A stretch of 64,000 nt of DNA from assembly GCA_963732385.1 (NCBI GenBank), contig CAVSZB010000003.1, positions 256,001-320,000 on the forward strand, read 5' to 3'. Positions 9,830 to 21,746 of this stretch are shown piece by piece (the stretch's first letter is position 1; each line of letters begins with the position of its first letter). Source of the stretch: an uncultured bacterium (GTDB lineage: Bacteria; Krumholzibacteriota; Krumholzibacteriia; LZORAL124-64-63). Both the position numbers and the translations under genes were made by a program. The notes under the pieces are model-generated. The model saw only the letters and a list, made by a program, of their open reading frames with translations, ran no database searches and was not told where the DNA came from.

Positions 9830-10882
9830 TCAGTCCGCCAGCTTGCGGATCTTGCCCCGGAACTTGGCGTACTTGCCATAATCGACATAGATCGGACGGT
9901 CCTCCAACTGAGCGCGCGTCTGGGGAGCGAGCTTCTGCACCTCCAGGATGCGATCGGTCACCCGCCACATGAAGCCGTCGCTGCCGGCGCCGGAGCCGTA
10001 GCTGACCATCAGAATGCGGTCGCCCGGTTTGGCCACGTCGAGGATCGCGGTCAGTCCCATGGGGGAGGAGCCCGAGTAGGTGTTGCCCAGGGTCGGGCTG
10101 AGCCAGCCCTGCTCCACCTGCCCCTTGGCGAAACCGAGCTCCTGCGCCGCGCGCTGGGGGAACTTGCCGTTGGGCTGGTGGAATACGGCCCACTGGATAT
10201 CCTTCGGGCCGCGTCCCGTGCGCTCCATCATCGTGCGCGCGCAGGTGAGGACGTGCTTGAAATAGGAAGGCTCGCCGGTGAAGCGGCCGGCGTGCCGGGG
10301 ATAGAACTGGTATTCCCGGCGCCAGAAGTCCGGCGTATCGGTCATGAACGCATAGGTGTCCTCGCAGACCGCGACGACCCTCTCGCGCCCCATGATGAAG
10401 GCGGCCGCACCGGCCGAAGCGGAATACTCGAGGGCGTCTCCCGGGGCTCCCTGCGAGGTGTCGGCCCCGATCGCGAGGGCGTAATCCATCTGCCCGGCCT
10501 TGACCAGAGAGAGCGCGACGAACATCCCCTCGCTTCCGGCCTTGCACGCGAACTCCATGTCGGCGCAGTGGATATCCGGCGTCGCGCCGAGGGCCTCGGC
10601 CACGACGGTGCCGCTCGGCTTCACCGCGTAAGGATGCGATTCCGAGCCCACGTAGATGGCGCCGATGGCGGCCGGGTCGATGCCGGCCCGCCGCACGGCG
10701 TGCCGCGCGGATTCGACCGACATCGTGATCGTGTCCTGGTCCGGCGCCGGGACCGACTTCTCCCGGAGCATCAGCCCTTTCTTGTACGAAGGTGCATCCG
10801 CGCCCCAGACCTTGGCGATCTCCTCGACCTTGATCCGATGCCGCGGCACGTACGCTCCGTACCCAACGATGCCGACCTCCAT
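9830..10882 (-). CDS. Archaeal-type hydroxymethylglutaryl-CoA synthase
   Basis: [18 protein letters not shown] (catalytic Cys), [41 protein letters not shown]. Confidence 0.92.
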   Translation of the reverse strand: MEVGIVGYGAYVPRHRIKVEEIAKVWGADAPSYKKGLMLREKSVPAPDQDTITMSVESARHAVRRAGIDPAAIGAIYVGSESHPYAVKPSGTVVAEALGATPDIHCADMEFACKAGSEGMFVALSLVKAGQMDYALAIGADTSQGAPGDALEYSASAGAAAFIMGRERVVAVCEDTYAFMTDTPDFWRREYQFYPRHAGRFTGEPSYFKHVLTCARTMMERTGRGPKDIQWAVFHQPNGKFPQRAAQELGFAKGQVEQGWLSPTLGNTYSGSSPMGLTAILDVAKPGDRILMVSYGSGAGSDGFMWRVTDRILEVQKLAPQTRAQLEDRPIYVDYGKYAKFRGKIRKLAD

Positions 10883-11213
10883 ACTTCGCACTCCTTGCGG
10901 AGCCGGCGCTCCGCGGTTGGTCGTTCAACGGAACTCAAAAAAAGGCGCAACCACCATCGGGTCAGCCAGCATAAAGCGAATTCGGGGGAAAGGCAATTCA
11001 ACCGCGGATTCTCGACCCTTTTCACCGTCTGGAGGCCGGATGCTATCATTGCCGGCCGTTTGGTGTCAATCGCGCGGTGAGGCCGGCCACGGCCGCAGTC
11101 CTTCGCGGGTTGCACATCGCGCCGCCGGGACGCTTGTTTGAGTGTCGTGGCGCCGTCAGTTGGGGCAGTTCCTGTCCGGATTACGGCGGCCACCGCCAGT
11201 CTGGAGGCTCCCC

Positions 11214-13262
11214 GTGCGATATCTCACGCCTCTCGCTCTCCTCGCCCTCGCCCCGCTGCTCTGCCTGCTTTGCGACACGCCGTCGGCCGCGGCGTTCACG
11301 CACTCGCCGCAGGATCTGCTGCCGGCGCCGTTCCATCTCGAACTGGGGAACAGTGCGCTGACGCTGGGCAGGAACCTGGACGTCAACCGCGAGGGGGGCG
11401 GCGCGAAGGATCCGCTGGTCGTCGCGGCGGCGGAGCGGCTCGCCGCCCGCATCGCTGCGCGCACCGGATCGCGGGAGTCGCTGCGGGGATCGACGAAGGT
11501 CGTCATCAGCTGCGCGGCGCGGGCGGACGCGGTTCAGCAGGCGATCGAGGATGAGAGCTATTCGCTGGTCGTCACGTCCGATGGCGCGCGGTTGACGGCG
11601 GCGACGCCGTACGGGGTGGCGCGGGGGATCGAGACGCTGGCGCAGCTCGTTGTTCCGGCTGCGGCGGGGTGGGAGATCCCGGCGGTCATGATCGAAGACA
11701 CGCCGCGGTTTCCGTGGCGGGGGCTGCTGCTCGATGTCTGCCGGCACTTCATGCCGGTCGCGGACGTGCTGCGCACTCTCGAGGGGATGGCGGCGGCGAA
11801 GTTGAACGTGCTGCACTGGCATCTGTCGGAGGACCAGGGGTTCAGGGTCGAAAGCCGGGTGTACCCGAAGTTGCATGAGCTGGGGTCGGATGGGCTGTTC
11901 TACACGCAGGACGACGTGCGGCGGGTCGTGGCGTATGCGCGGGAGCGGGGGATCCGGGTCGTGCCGGAGTTCGACGTGCCGGGGCACAGTACGGCGTGGG
12001 TCGTGGGGTATCCGGAGTTGGCGGCGCTGCCTGGGGTGTATGCGATCGAACGGCGGTGGGGGGTATTCGATCCCTGTCTCGATCCGACGCGCGAGGGGAC
12101 CTACCAGTTCCTCGACCGGTTCTTTGGCGAGATGGCCGGGCTGTTCCCCGATCCGTTCCTGCATGTCGGGGGGGACGAGGTGAACGGGGCGCAGTGGGAC
12201 GCGAGTCCGCAGGTGGCGGCGTTCAAGGTGGAGCATGGGCTGGCGGACAACGCGGCACTGCAGGCTTACTTCAACACGCGGCTGCTGGGCATCCTCAAGG
12301 GGCACGGCAGGACGATGATCGGGTGGGACGAGGTTCTGCAGCCGGGCCTGCCGCGCGAGACGCTGATCCAGTCGTGGCGCGGGCCGGAGTCTCTGGCGAA
12401 GGCGGCGGTCGGCGGACGAAGCGGCATCCTGTCGGCGGGGTGGTACCTCGATCTCATGCTGTCGGCGGAGATCCACTACGCGGTCGATCCACTCGGGGGG
12501 GAGGCGGCGCTGCTGCCGCCGCGCAGCGCGGCGAACGTCCTCGGGGGCGAGGCGTGCATGTGGGCGGAGTTCGTCACGCCGGAGATGCTCGACGGGCGGG
12601 TCTGGCCGCGCGCGGCGGCGATCGCGGAGCGGCTCTGGTCGCCGGCGATCGTGCGCGACGCGCCGGACATGTATCGGCGGCTGGAGTTGTTCGGCGACCA
12701 TCTCGAAGCGATCGGGCTGCGGCACCGCAGCGGGCCGCGGCTGATGCTCGAGCGGCTGGCGGGGGGACAGCCGGCGGAGGCGCTGGTCCGGTTCGCGGCG
12801 CTGCTCGAGCCGGTGAAGAACTACCAGCGCTCCGGATCCGGCGCCTACACGCAGCTCACGCCGCTGGATCGTCTGGTCGATGCCGTGCCGCCCGAGAGCG
12901 ATGCGGCGCGGGTTTTCGGCCGCGATGTGGACGCTTTGCTCGCGGACCCGGAGCGCGCGTCCGGCTGCGCGTCGATCGCGACCCGTCTGCAGGGGTGGCG
13001 ACGGCTGCACGACGAACTGACGCCGGTGCTCGCGGCCTCGGCGCCGCTGCGCGAGGCGGAGCCGCTGGTCGACGACCTGTCCAACCTCAGCGAACTCGGC
13101 CTGCGGGCGCTCGCCGCCCTGGCCAGCGAGGACACGCTGCAGCTCGGCTTCGGCGACGGGCCGCTGCTGGCCCGCGCGCCGTCGCCCCGCGCCGAACTGC
13201 TCCTGATGGTAGCGCCGCACGTGGCGCGGCTGGTGGCGGGGGCGACGGGGGGGAGGCCCTGA
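11214..13262 (+). CDS. Beta-N-acetylhexosaminidase (GH20), secreted
   Basis: DTPRFPWRGLLLDVCRHF, LHWHLSEDQGFR, HVGGDEV, GGEACMWAE, WPRAAAIAERLWS; signal-like N-terminus after GGAGG/GTG. Confidence 0.92.
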   Translation: MRYLTPLALLALAPLLCLLCDTPSAAAFTHSPQDLLPAPFHLELGNSALTLGRNLDVNREGGGAKDPLVVAAAERLAARIAARTGSRESLRGSTKVVISCAARADAVQQAIEDESYSLVVTSDGARLTAATPYGVARGIETLAQLVVPAAAGWEIPAVMIEDTPRFPWRGLLLDVCRHFMPVADVLRTLEGMAAAKLNVLHWHLSEDQGFRVESRVYPKLHELGSDGLFYTQDDVRRVVAYARERGIRVVPEFDVPGHSTAWVVGYPELAALPGVYAIERRWGVFDPCLDPTREGTYQFLDRFFGEMAGLFPDPFLHVGGDEVNGAQWDASPQVAAFKVEHGLADNAALQAYFNTRLLGILKGHGRTMIGWDEVLQPGLPRETLIQSWRGPESLAKAAVGGRSGILSAGWYLDLMLSAEIHYAVDPLGGEAALLPPRSAANVLGGEACMWAEFVTPEMLDGRVWPRAAAIAERLWSPAIVRDAPDMYRRLELFGDHLEAIGLRHRSGPRLMLERLAGGQPAEALVRFAALLEPVKNYQRSGSGAYTQLTPLDRLVDAVPPESDAARVFGRDVDALLADPERASGCASIATRLQGWRRLHDELTPVLAASAPLREAEPLVDDLSNLSELGLRALAALASEDTLQLGFGDGPLLARAPSPRAELLLMVAPHVARLVAGATGGRP

Positions 13263-13306
13263 GGGCCGGTCGGACGCCTGCGCGGCCTGCGCGACCCGAC
13301 TCGGCG

Positions 13307-13558
13307 TTGCGGGGCCGGGGGCGCGGTTTGGAGTGCATCCGTACAGAGACTGCTACGCGTGCAACGAGTTTGCGGGGCCGGGGGCGCGGTTTGGAGTGCA
13401 TCCGTACAGAGACTGCTACGCGTGCAACGAGTTTGCGGGGCCGGGGGCGGTTGGCCGCCCCCTCGCGACCTGCGCACTTTTTGCACGCGTAGCAATCGCT
13501 GTCAGTAAGGGCCCCGGGGCCGCTGTCGATGCCGCACGACCTGCGCACTTGTTGCTAC
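13307..13558. repeat. Intergenic repeat cluster: 63-bp tandem x2 plus partial third, then inverted related copies
   Basis: Units start at 13307, 13370 and 13433. tgctacgcgtgcaa is inverted at 13481-13494. Related to 37335-37481. Confidence 0.85.
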
Positions 13559-13591
13559 CACCGCATCCTCCAGAAGGGGCGTCCGGCCCGC

Positions 13592-14374
13592 CTAGCGCCC
13601 GTCGAGCGGGAGGAGCTCGAAACGCCGGTCGGGGTAGGCGATCCGGAGGCCTTCGTCCGCGGGGGCGAGGCCGCAGGCGGTCGAGTCCGATAACGTGAGG
13701 TAGCGGGTGACGCCACCGTCGTCGGCGAAACCCTGGACCACCGCGTCGCCGGCCACGTTGCGGCCGAGGGCCCACATCCAGCCGTCGTGCCAGGCGATGG
13801 CGAAGACGCCGGTGTCGGGGTCGAAGGTGTCCAAGATGCGGGCGGGGAGCGGGTTGGAGGCGCCGGCGAAGTCGGGGCCGTGGTGACGGGCCGTGTAGTT
13901 GGCGGTGCCGGGCTCGTGATAGAGCGTGACGAACGAGTCGAGGTCGGCGCGGTAGGCGAGGCCGCAGGCCAGATGCTGGCCGTCGGCGTAGGAATCGTCG
14001 CGGGTCCAGGCGATTTCGCCGACGGGGGTGGCCTTGAAGAGCAGGCCGGAGTCGCGGGCCTGCAGGTAGATGGCGGCGTGGTCGGCGGTGGCGGCGAGGT
14101 AACCGACGCCGTTGAGGCCGAGATCGAAGCGTCCTTCGGGGAAGCCGTCGCTGGAGAACTTGAACAGGTCGACCTGGCTGCCGGCGTGACCGGACCAGTC
14201 CTCGTTCGTCGTGAACAGGTAGCCGCCGAGGGTCGCGATGTCGGCGATCGGATCGCTGAGAGTGTCCCGCTCGGTGTTAAGGACGAGGTCGTCATCGCAG
14301 CCGGACAGGACCAGACCAAGGGTGAGGGCGAGGGCGAGGGCGAGGGCGGGAGTGAGGAGCAGGCGTCGAATCAT
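13592..14374 (-). CDS. Hypothetical lipoprotein (possible beta-propeller)
   Basis: Signal peptide with lipobox LSGC; AGGAGG RBS. Confidence 0.75.
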   Translation of the reverse strand: MIRRLLLTPALALALALTLGLVLSGCDDDLVLNTERDTLSDPIADIATLGGYLFTTNEDWSGHAGSQVDLFKFSSDGFPEGRFDLGLNGVGYLAATADHAAIYLQARDSGLLFKATPVGEIAWTRDDSYADGQHLACGLAYRADLDSFVTLYHEPGTANYTARHHGPDFAGASNPLPARILDTFDPDTGVFAIAWHDGWMWALGRNVAGDAVVQGFADDGGVTRYLTLSDSTACGLAPADEGLRIAYPDRRFELLPLDGR

Positions 14375-14466
14375 GGCGAACCTCCTAGTTCATCATCATT
14401 CAACGCCCACTCCGGGGGCGCGTCAAGAGACACTGGAGGGCAGGCCGCAGGGCCCGGAGGTGTCGC

Positions 14467-15066
14467 CTACATCCGCTTGTAGGTGATCTCCATCGATTTG
14501 GCCTCTTTGCCGCCCTTGGTTTCGAACATCTCGTAGCGAATCGTGTTGTCGTCGATCCAGGTGGTGACCGAGCGGACCGGCGAATCCTTGCCGAGTTGCG
14601 GGTTGAACATCAGGCCCATCATCACCGTCGTCCTGCCGTCCGGCGACCTGGTCCCGCGCATGTCTATGAAGCCGGTGCCCATGTTGTCGAACCAGAGGCT
14701 GAAGTACTCCTTCTTGTAGCGGTCGTAGCCGTCGATGCTCATCCCCTCGAACGGCATGCCCATCATCACGGTCTTGTAGGTCCCCTGGAGGTAGCGGCCG
14801 CCCATCACCGAGACGTATTCCATGGCGCCGGTCATCTCCGTCGGGGGGGCGGCGGGGTCCATCCACATCTTGTTCACGGAAGACCACTTCCCAGCCAGCC
14901 TGGTGAGCTGCTGGTGCTCGGGGCCGGGCTGCATCATGGCCATCATCTGTTCCATGGCGGCCTGGTCGGGGCCGCCGGCCGGCTTGTCGGTCTGGGCGAG
15001 AGCGGGCGCGGCCGTCAGCAGGGCGGCGACGGCCATCATCAGGACAAAAGCGCGTGCGGTGCGCAT
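14467..15066 (-). CDS. DUF1579 family secreted protein
   Basis: MQPGPEHQQL..LAGKW, MGGRYL, PFEGMSIDGYD, WFDNMGTG, MEITYKR. Confidence 0.85.
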   Translation of the reverse strand: MRTARAFVLMMAVAALLTAAPALAQTDKPAGGPDQAAMEQMMAMMQPGPEHQQLTRLAGKWSSVNKMWMDPAAPPTEMTGAMEYVSVMGGRYLQGTYKTVMMGMPFEGMSIDGYDRYKKEYFSLWFDNMGTGFIDMRGTRSPDGRTTVMMGLMFNPQLGKDSPVRSVTTWIDDNTIRYEMFETKGGKEAKSMEITYKRM

Positions 15067-15250
15067 GAGCGGGCTCCTTTCGCGGGAATTCCCGGCAGCG
15101 AGGCATGGGCGAGGCGCAGGCAGGTACGTCGGCCCGCGCTGCGGTTTGCCCGCACAATCTAGGAGCGGAAGGTCGCCACCGGCAACCGGCGGGGCGGCCG
15201 ACCGGCAGTTTGGCCGTGAACGTGCTCGCGGTGCGCGGACTGCGGGCGAC

Positions 15251-16096
15251 CTACACGTTGTCCTGGGTCGCGATCCACTCGCTCCACGAGCCGGGGTAGA
15301 GGCGGGCGCCGCGGATGCCGGCCAGTTCGAGCGCCAGCAGGTCGTGGCAGGCGGTCACGCCGGAGCCGCAGTAGCAGACGACGCGCGGGCCGTCGTCGGG
15401 GCCGAGGCCGAGCCGGGCGAAGCCCGCGCGCAGCTCTTCCGTTGAGCGGAATATCGGCGCGGTGTCGGCGGTGAGGTTGTTTGTGAACGGCGCGTTGACG
15501 GCGCCGGGGATGTGGCCGGCGCGCGCGTCGATCGGCTCGACCTCGCCGCGGTACCGCTCAGGGGCCCGGGCGTCGAGCAGGACGAGTCGGGGCGCTTCCG
15601 CCCGCGCCACCTCGTCGCGCTGAACGGTGAGCTCGTCGCACACGCGCGGCGCGAGCGGCCGCGGATGTGGCGCCCGGTCCGGTGTCGGCCCGCTCTCGAC
15701 CGCGTGTCCCTCGGCGAACCACTTCGCGATCCCGCCGTCGAGCACGACGCAGGCGCCCTGCTGTCCGAGCCAGCGCAGCAGCCACCACAGTCGCACCGCC
15801 ACCGCGCCGGCAGCGTCGTCGTACGCCACGACGCGCGTTCCCTCGCCGATGCCGGCGCGGGCGAGCGCCGCCACGAGGTGGCGCGGGTCGGGCAGGGGGT
15901 GGCGACCGCGCGACGGATCGCTCAGATCGGAGAGGTCGGTGTCGAGGTCGAGACGCACGGAGCCCGGAACCCGCCCTGCCTCGAATACCTCGCGGCCGAA
16001 GTCCGACTGCCCGTGCTGCCAGCGGATGTCGGCCACGACGAGGTTCTCATCGCCGAGATGCGCGGCGAGCCAGGCGGTATCGACAAGGTCGCGCAT
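15251..16096 (-). CDS. Tandem-rhodanese sulfurtransferase (SseA/MST family)
   Basis: GRHPLP, LLDARAPERYRGEVEP, GHIPGA, YCGSGVTAC, LYPGSWSEW. Confidence 0.92.
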   Translation of the reverse strand: MRDLVDTAWLAAHLGDENLVVADIRWQHGQSDFGREVFEAGRVPGSVRLDLDTDLSDLSDPSRGRHPLPDPRHLVAALARAGIGEGTRVVAYDDAAGAVAVRLWWLLRWLGQQGACVVLDGGIAKWFAEGHAVESGPTPDRAPHPRPLAPRVCDELTVQRDEVARAEAPRLVLLDARAPERYRGEVEPIDARAGHIPGAVNAPFTNNLTADTAPIFRSTEELRAGFARLGLGPDDGPRVVCYCGSGVTACHDLLALELAGIRGARLYPGSWSEWIATQDNV

Positions 16097-16102
16097 GGAA
16101 TA

Positions 16103-16603
16103 TTACTCCACCTTCGTGTACTTCTCGTGCGCCGCGCCGCAGACCGGGCAGCGCTCGGGCGCCTCGCCGCGGACGGTGTGCCCGCAGACGGGGCAGATCA
16201 ACATGTCGCCGGCGGTCGTGTCCTTGCCGGCGAGGAACGCGGACAGCGCCTCCGCATACAGATCGTGGTGGATCTTCTCCACCGCCAGCGCGTAGCGGAA
16301 CGACAGCACCGCGCCCTTCTCGCCCGCCGCCTCGGCTTCGGCGAGAAACTCCGGGTACATGGTCTGGAACTCGTGCGCCTCGCCGGCGATCGCCGCCTTG
16401 AGGTTGTCTTCGGTGGTCTTGACGCCGCCGAGCACGCGGAAGTGCGCGTGTGCGTGCACCGTCTCCGCCGCGGCGGCGGCCCGGAACAGGCGCGCCGTGT
16501 TGGGGAAACCGTCCTGGTCGGCCTTCTTCGCGAAGGCGAGGTACATCCGGTTGGCCTGGCTCTCGCCGGCGAAGGCGGCCTGCAGATTCTCGCGGGTGGG
16601 CAT
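16103..16603 (-). CDS. rbr: Rubrerythrin
   Basis: AFAGESQANRMY, ETVHA, EKIH, C-terminal CPVCG...CPVCG. Confidence 0.92.
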   Translation of the reverse strand: MPTRENLQAAFAGESQANRMYLAFAKKADQDGFPNTARLFRAAAAAETVHAHAHFRVLGGVKTTEDNLKAAIAGEAHEFQTMYPEFLAEAEAAGEKGAVLSFRYALAVEKIHHDLYAEALSAFLAGKDTTAGDMLICPVCGHTVRGEAPERCPVCGAAHEKYTKVE

Positions 16604-16853
16604 CTCTTGCTCCGATCGTGGGGCGGAAGGGGACGGCTGACGGCGCGCTCGCGCGCCTGGCGCCAATGTCGCACCCGGGGGGATGGAGTGTCAAAGGAAT
16701 GGGCCGTACTGCAGACGCCCGTGCGATGAAAGGCGGCGATCCGCGCCCCGGACGGCGTAACGGGATGTCGTCTCCGCGATATCTGCTTTTCCTTTCCGTC
16801 CGGCGCCGGGACCTGTAGCATCGGTGGCACAGGTTCCATCCGGGGAGGCGTTC

Positions 16854-18398
16854 ATGAGCAGAATGATGCTGGCGATCGTGGCGCTCGTCGCGTGCGCCGT
16901 GGCGGCCGGTCCGGCCGCGGCACTCGACCGCGCCGCGTACGACGAACTGGCGAGGCAGATGGATGAAGCCCGGCGGTCCGAGGTCGACGTATATGCGCCG
17001 AACGCGTGGGCGAAAGCCGAGGAGGCCCTGGCCAGGGCCGAGAAGGCTCTGGCGGCCGAGCGCAAGCAGGAGCAGCTGGACAAGCAGGTGGCCGAGGCGC
17101 GGGAGTTCGTCGAGAACGCGCGCAAGGCAGGCGAGGTCTGCCGACTCGCGCTGCAGCAGCACCTGCCCCCCCGCGCGCGCGCGCAGGCGGCGCACGCCGC
17201 GGAGCTGGCGGCGGCGGCCTGGGCGCCGGCGCAGGAGCGCTTCCTCAAGGCCACCGCGAAGATCGAGTCGGGCGACGTGAAGGGCGGCCTGGCCGAGGCC
17301 ACCGCTGCGGCGCCGCTCTTCGAACGCGCCGAACTGGAGGCGATCCGCGTCGCGATCCTCGGCGAGGCCGACCGGCTCATAGTCCGGGCCGAGACCGATG
17401 AAGCGGGCAAGTACGCGCTCGCCACGCTTGATCGGGCCCGCACCGCGCGCCGCGAGGCTGACGCGATCCTGCTCGCCGATCGCACGAAGCACGACGACGC
17501 CGCGCGCACGGCCGCCGAGGCGGAGTACGAGGCGCGTCATGCCTCGACGATCGCGCAGTCGGTCCGCTCTCTCGCCCGCAACGACCAGGCGTGGGAGAAG
17601 CTGATGCTGCTTTATGAAATCCAGATGGACCACGCAGGCGCGGCGCTCGGTCTCCCCCGCCTGCCATTCGACGACGGCCCGCAGGCCGCGGCAGACACGC
17701 TCACCGCGCGCATTCAGGGCCTGCGCGCCGAGGCCGGACGCCTCGCGACCGAGCGCGAGGCGGTCGCGATCGCGCTGCGCAGCACGGCCGCCCGTGTGGG
17801 CGCGGCCGGCAATGGCGACGATGGCGCCTCGCTGGTCCGCGCCATCGACGAACGTTTCGACGCCCTGTTCGCCGAGAAGCGCGAGCTCGCCACCAGGATC
17901 GAGAGCGGTCAGGCCCATCTGGCCGAGCTGTCTCAGGAGCACGCCGCCGTCGCGAGCCAGCTCTCGGCCCGGAAGGAGATGGAGGAGAAATTCCGCCAGG
18001 CCAAGGCGTTGATCACCCCCGCCGACGGCGAGGTCCTCTACAACGCCGCGGGCGACGTGATCCTGCGCCTGAGCGGCCTGGCGTTCGAGAGCGGCAAGAG
18101 CGACCTGCGCGACGTCCACATGCCGCTGCTCGCGAAGGCGAAGACAATCCTCGGCCTCTATCCTGACGCGCGCGTCGTGGTCGAGGGCCACACCGACGTG
18201 GCCGGCGACCCGGTCGCGAACCAGCGTCTGTCGGAGCGGCGCGCCCTGGCCGTCATGCAGTCCCTGCGGGCCAGCCTCGAGATCCCGGCCGAGCGGATCC
18301 AGGCCATCGGCTTCGGCGCCGAGCGGCCCGTGGCTTCGAACCAGACGGCCGAAGGGAAGGCGAAGAACCGGCGGATCGACATCGTGATCATGCGGTGA
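16854..18398 (+). CDS. Secreted coiled-coil protein with C-terminal OmpA peptidoglycan-binding domain
   Basis: Signal peptide; FESGKS, VEGHTD, NQRLSERRA, GFGAERP, NRRIDI. Confidence 0.88.
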   Translation: MSRMMLAIVALVACAVAAGPAAALDRAAYDELARQMDEARRSEVDVYAPNAWAKAEEALARAEKALAAERKQEQLDKQVAEAREFVENARKAGEVCRLALQQHLPPRARAQAAHAAELAAAAWAPAQERFLKATAKIESGDVKGGLAEATAAAPLFERAELEAIRVAILGEADRLIVRAETDEAGKYALATLDRARTARREADAILLADRTKHDDAARTAAEAEYEARHASTIAQSVRSLARNDQAWEKLMLLYEIQMDHAGAALGLPRLPFDDGPQAAADTLTARIQGLRAEAGRLATEREAVAIALRSTAARVGAAGNGDDGASLVRAIDERFDALFAEKRELATRIESGQAHLAELSQEHAAVASQLSARKEMEEKFRQAKALITPADGEVLYNAAGDVILRLSGLAFESGKSDLRDVHMPLLAKAKTILGLYPDARVVVEGHTDVAGDPVANQRLSERRALAVMQSLRASLEIPAERIQAIGFGAERPVASNQTAEGKAKNRRIDIVIMR

Positions 18399-18465
18399 AA
18401 GGAGCGGACCCCCGGACTGTCTCCGCGTGAATTGCCCGGTGGGCGCCCGACGTGATGCGCGAGGC

Positions 18466-19635
18466 CTACGGCTTCCGCTCCCGCGGCCCCGCGAACAGAT
18501 CCAGCCGCACCAGCCGGCACTCGATCCCGCCGTTCCACAGCGGGATGCGGCGCGTGGGCCGCAACCCCAGCTTGCCGACCAGTTTGGTGTCGCCGCAAAG
18601 GATCCAGGCGGTGGTGCCGGGGCAGTTGCGCTTGAGGGCATCGCCGAGCGCTTTGTACAGCAGGTCGACCTCGTGCTGGCGGCCGATCCGCACGCCGTAG
18701 GGGGGATTGGTCAGGACGGTGGCGCCGGGCGGCAGCGCCAGCTCGCGGGCATCGGCGGTGCGCAGGCGGATCGCGACGCCGGCCGGGAGGCGGTCGAGGT
18801 TGGCGCGGGCGGTGGCGAGCGCGGCGGGGTCGAGGTCGGCGCCGGTGACCAGGCCGCCCGGCAGCCGGCGGCTGCGGGCCTTGGCCTCGCGCTTCACGTC
18901 CGCCCATGCCCGGGCGTCGAAGTCGGGCAGCACGGCCCACGGCGGCGTCGGCTCGGCGCGGAGCCAGCCGGGGGGGATGCGCGAGGCGGCCAGCCACGCC
19001 TCGGCCAGCAGCGTGCCGGAGCCGCACATCGGGTCGTGCAGCTTGTCTTCGCCGTCCCAGCCGCTCAGGCGGACGATCGCGGCGGCGAGGGTCTCCTGCA
19101 GCGGGGCGTCGCCGCCGGCGATGCGGTAGCCGCGGCGGTGGAGGGCGCCGCCGCCGATGTCGATGCTGATCACGGCGCGGTCGTTGCGCAGGTGCAGGTT
19201 CAACTGCAGTTGCGGCGTCCGTCGGTCCACGTTCGGGCGATCGCCCGCCGTCTCCCGGAAATGATCGACAATGGCGTCCTTCAGGCGCTGGGCCGCGAAC
19301 TGCGAGTGGTCGATCTGGCTTTGCGACACCGTGGCGTCGACGGCGAACGTCGTGGCCGGGGTGAGCAGGGCGTTCCAGTCGAGCTTGCGCGCGGTCGTGT
19401 AGAGATAGCGGTCGCTGTGGCAGTCGAACGTGATCAGCGGCGCCAGCACGCGGGCGGCCAGGCGCGAGCCGTAGGCGACGCGGTAGAGGGTGGCGGCGTC
19501 GGCCAGGAAACCGACGCCGTGGTGGCCGGGGTTCTCCGGCTCGGCGCCAAGTTCCCGCAGCTCGTCGGCCAGCAGGGCTTCCAGCCCGTGGGCGCACTGG
19601 GCGAAGTAGCGGCGATGGTTCTGATACTCGAACAT
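18466..19635 (-). CDS. THUMP-domain RNA methyltransferase (RlmL N-terminal type)
   Basis: LHRRGYR, APLQETLAAA, DPMCGSGT, TNPPYG. Confidence 0.9.
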   Translation of the reverse strand: MFEYQNHRRYFAQCAHGLEALLADELRELGAEPENPGHHGVGFLADAATLYRVAYGSRLAARVLAPLITFDCHSDRYLYTTARKLDWNALLTPATTFAVDATVSQSQIDHSQFAAQRLKDAIVDHFRETAGDRPNVDRRTPQLQLNLHLRNDRAVISIDIGGGALHRRGYRIAGGDAPLQETLAAAIVRLSGWDGEDKLHDPMCGSGTLLAEAWLAASRIPPGWLRAEPTPPWAVLPDFDARAWADVKREAKARSRRLPGGLVTGADLDPAALATARANLDRLPAGVAIRLRTADARELALPPGATVLTNPPYGVRIGRQHEVDLLYKALGDALKRNCPGTTAWILCGDTKLVGKLGLRPTRRIPLWNGGIECRLVRLDLFAGPRERKP

Positions 19636-20032
19636 GGGGGGATAATGCGGGTTGAGAAGCGCGGACGCCAGGGGATCGCTCAAACCGCCACGGATCGGGT
19701 CGCGGATTCGCATTCCACGGCGGGCCGCCGCCGCCGCCGGAACCGGGCGCCGGGCGGCCGCTTCCGACAATCCATTGTCGGGTGCCTCTTTAAGGCCTCC
19801 GGCGGGCGGGACAGGACGAAACGGCCCCGCAATTGCTTGTCGCAGGGGATCGCGGCTGGGAGGTCCCTGACGCGACAGGGCCTTCCCGCCGCCCTGCCGC
19901 CGCCTGGTCGACCGGAGGTTCCGTCATGGCCTTCCGCCTGCCCGGCCGCCCGATCCTCGCCCTGACCTTCCTCGCCCCTGTCGTTCTGTCCGCGGCGCGG
20001 CTGCGGCTGGATTGCGGGATCCGGGCGACGGC

Positions 20033-21443
<1,411 letters not shown>

Positions 21444-21746
21444 TGTCGGCACCTCATTCCATTGTTCCACTGACTGCGCGACGCGCGACCGGTCGCCAGG
21501 CCATCGAGCACGCAATTGTAGTCGCGGGGGGGTGTTCCGGCAATGGATCGTCCGCGCCAGGAAGGCGGACAGCAGAAGACTGCTGAGGCGGGGGCGAGGT
21601 CCCGTCCCAGCAGTCCCGGCATTTCGGGTCCCACTGTTGGTGGTCCGACTACCGGACTCTGCTTCGGTTCTCTCTGCGGATGCGCCCTCCCGCCGTCCAG
21701 ATGCGGGCCCCAGGTGTGGCGGGAGGATGCGCTCCGCCGCGCCCCG

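Noticed and set aside
8240..10882. PhlABC phloroglucinol acyltransferase
   Set aside because: The HMGCS-like subunit keeps its catalytic motifs and no phlD-like type III PKS is nearby
13307..13448. Possible CRISPR array
   Set aside because: Units are identical head-to-tail 63-mers with no unique spacers, and there are no cas genes in the window
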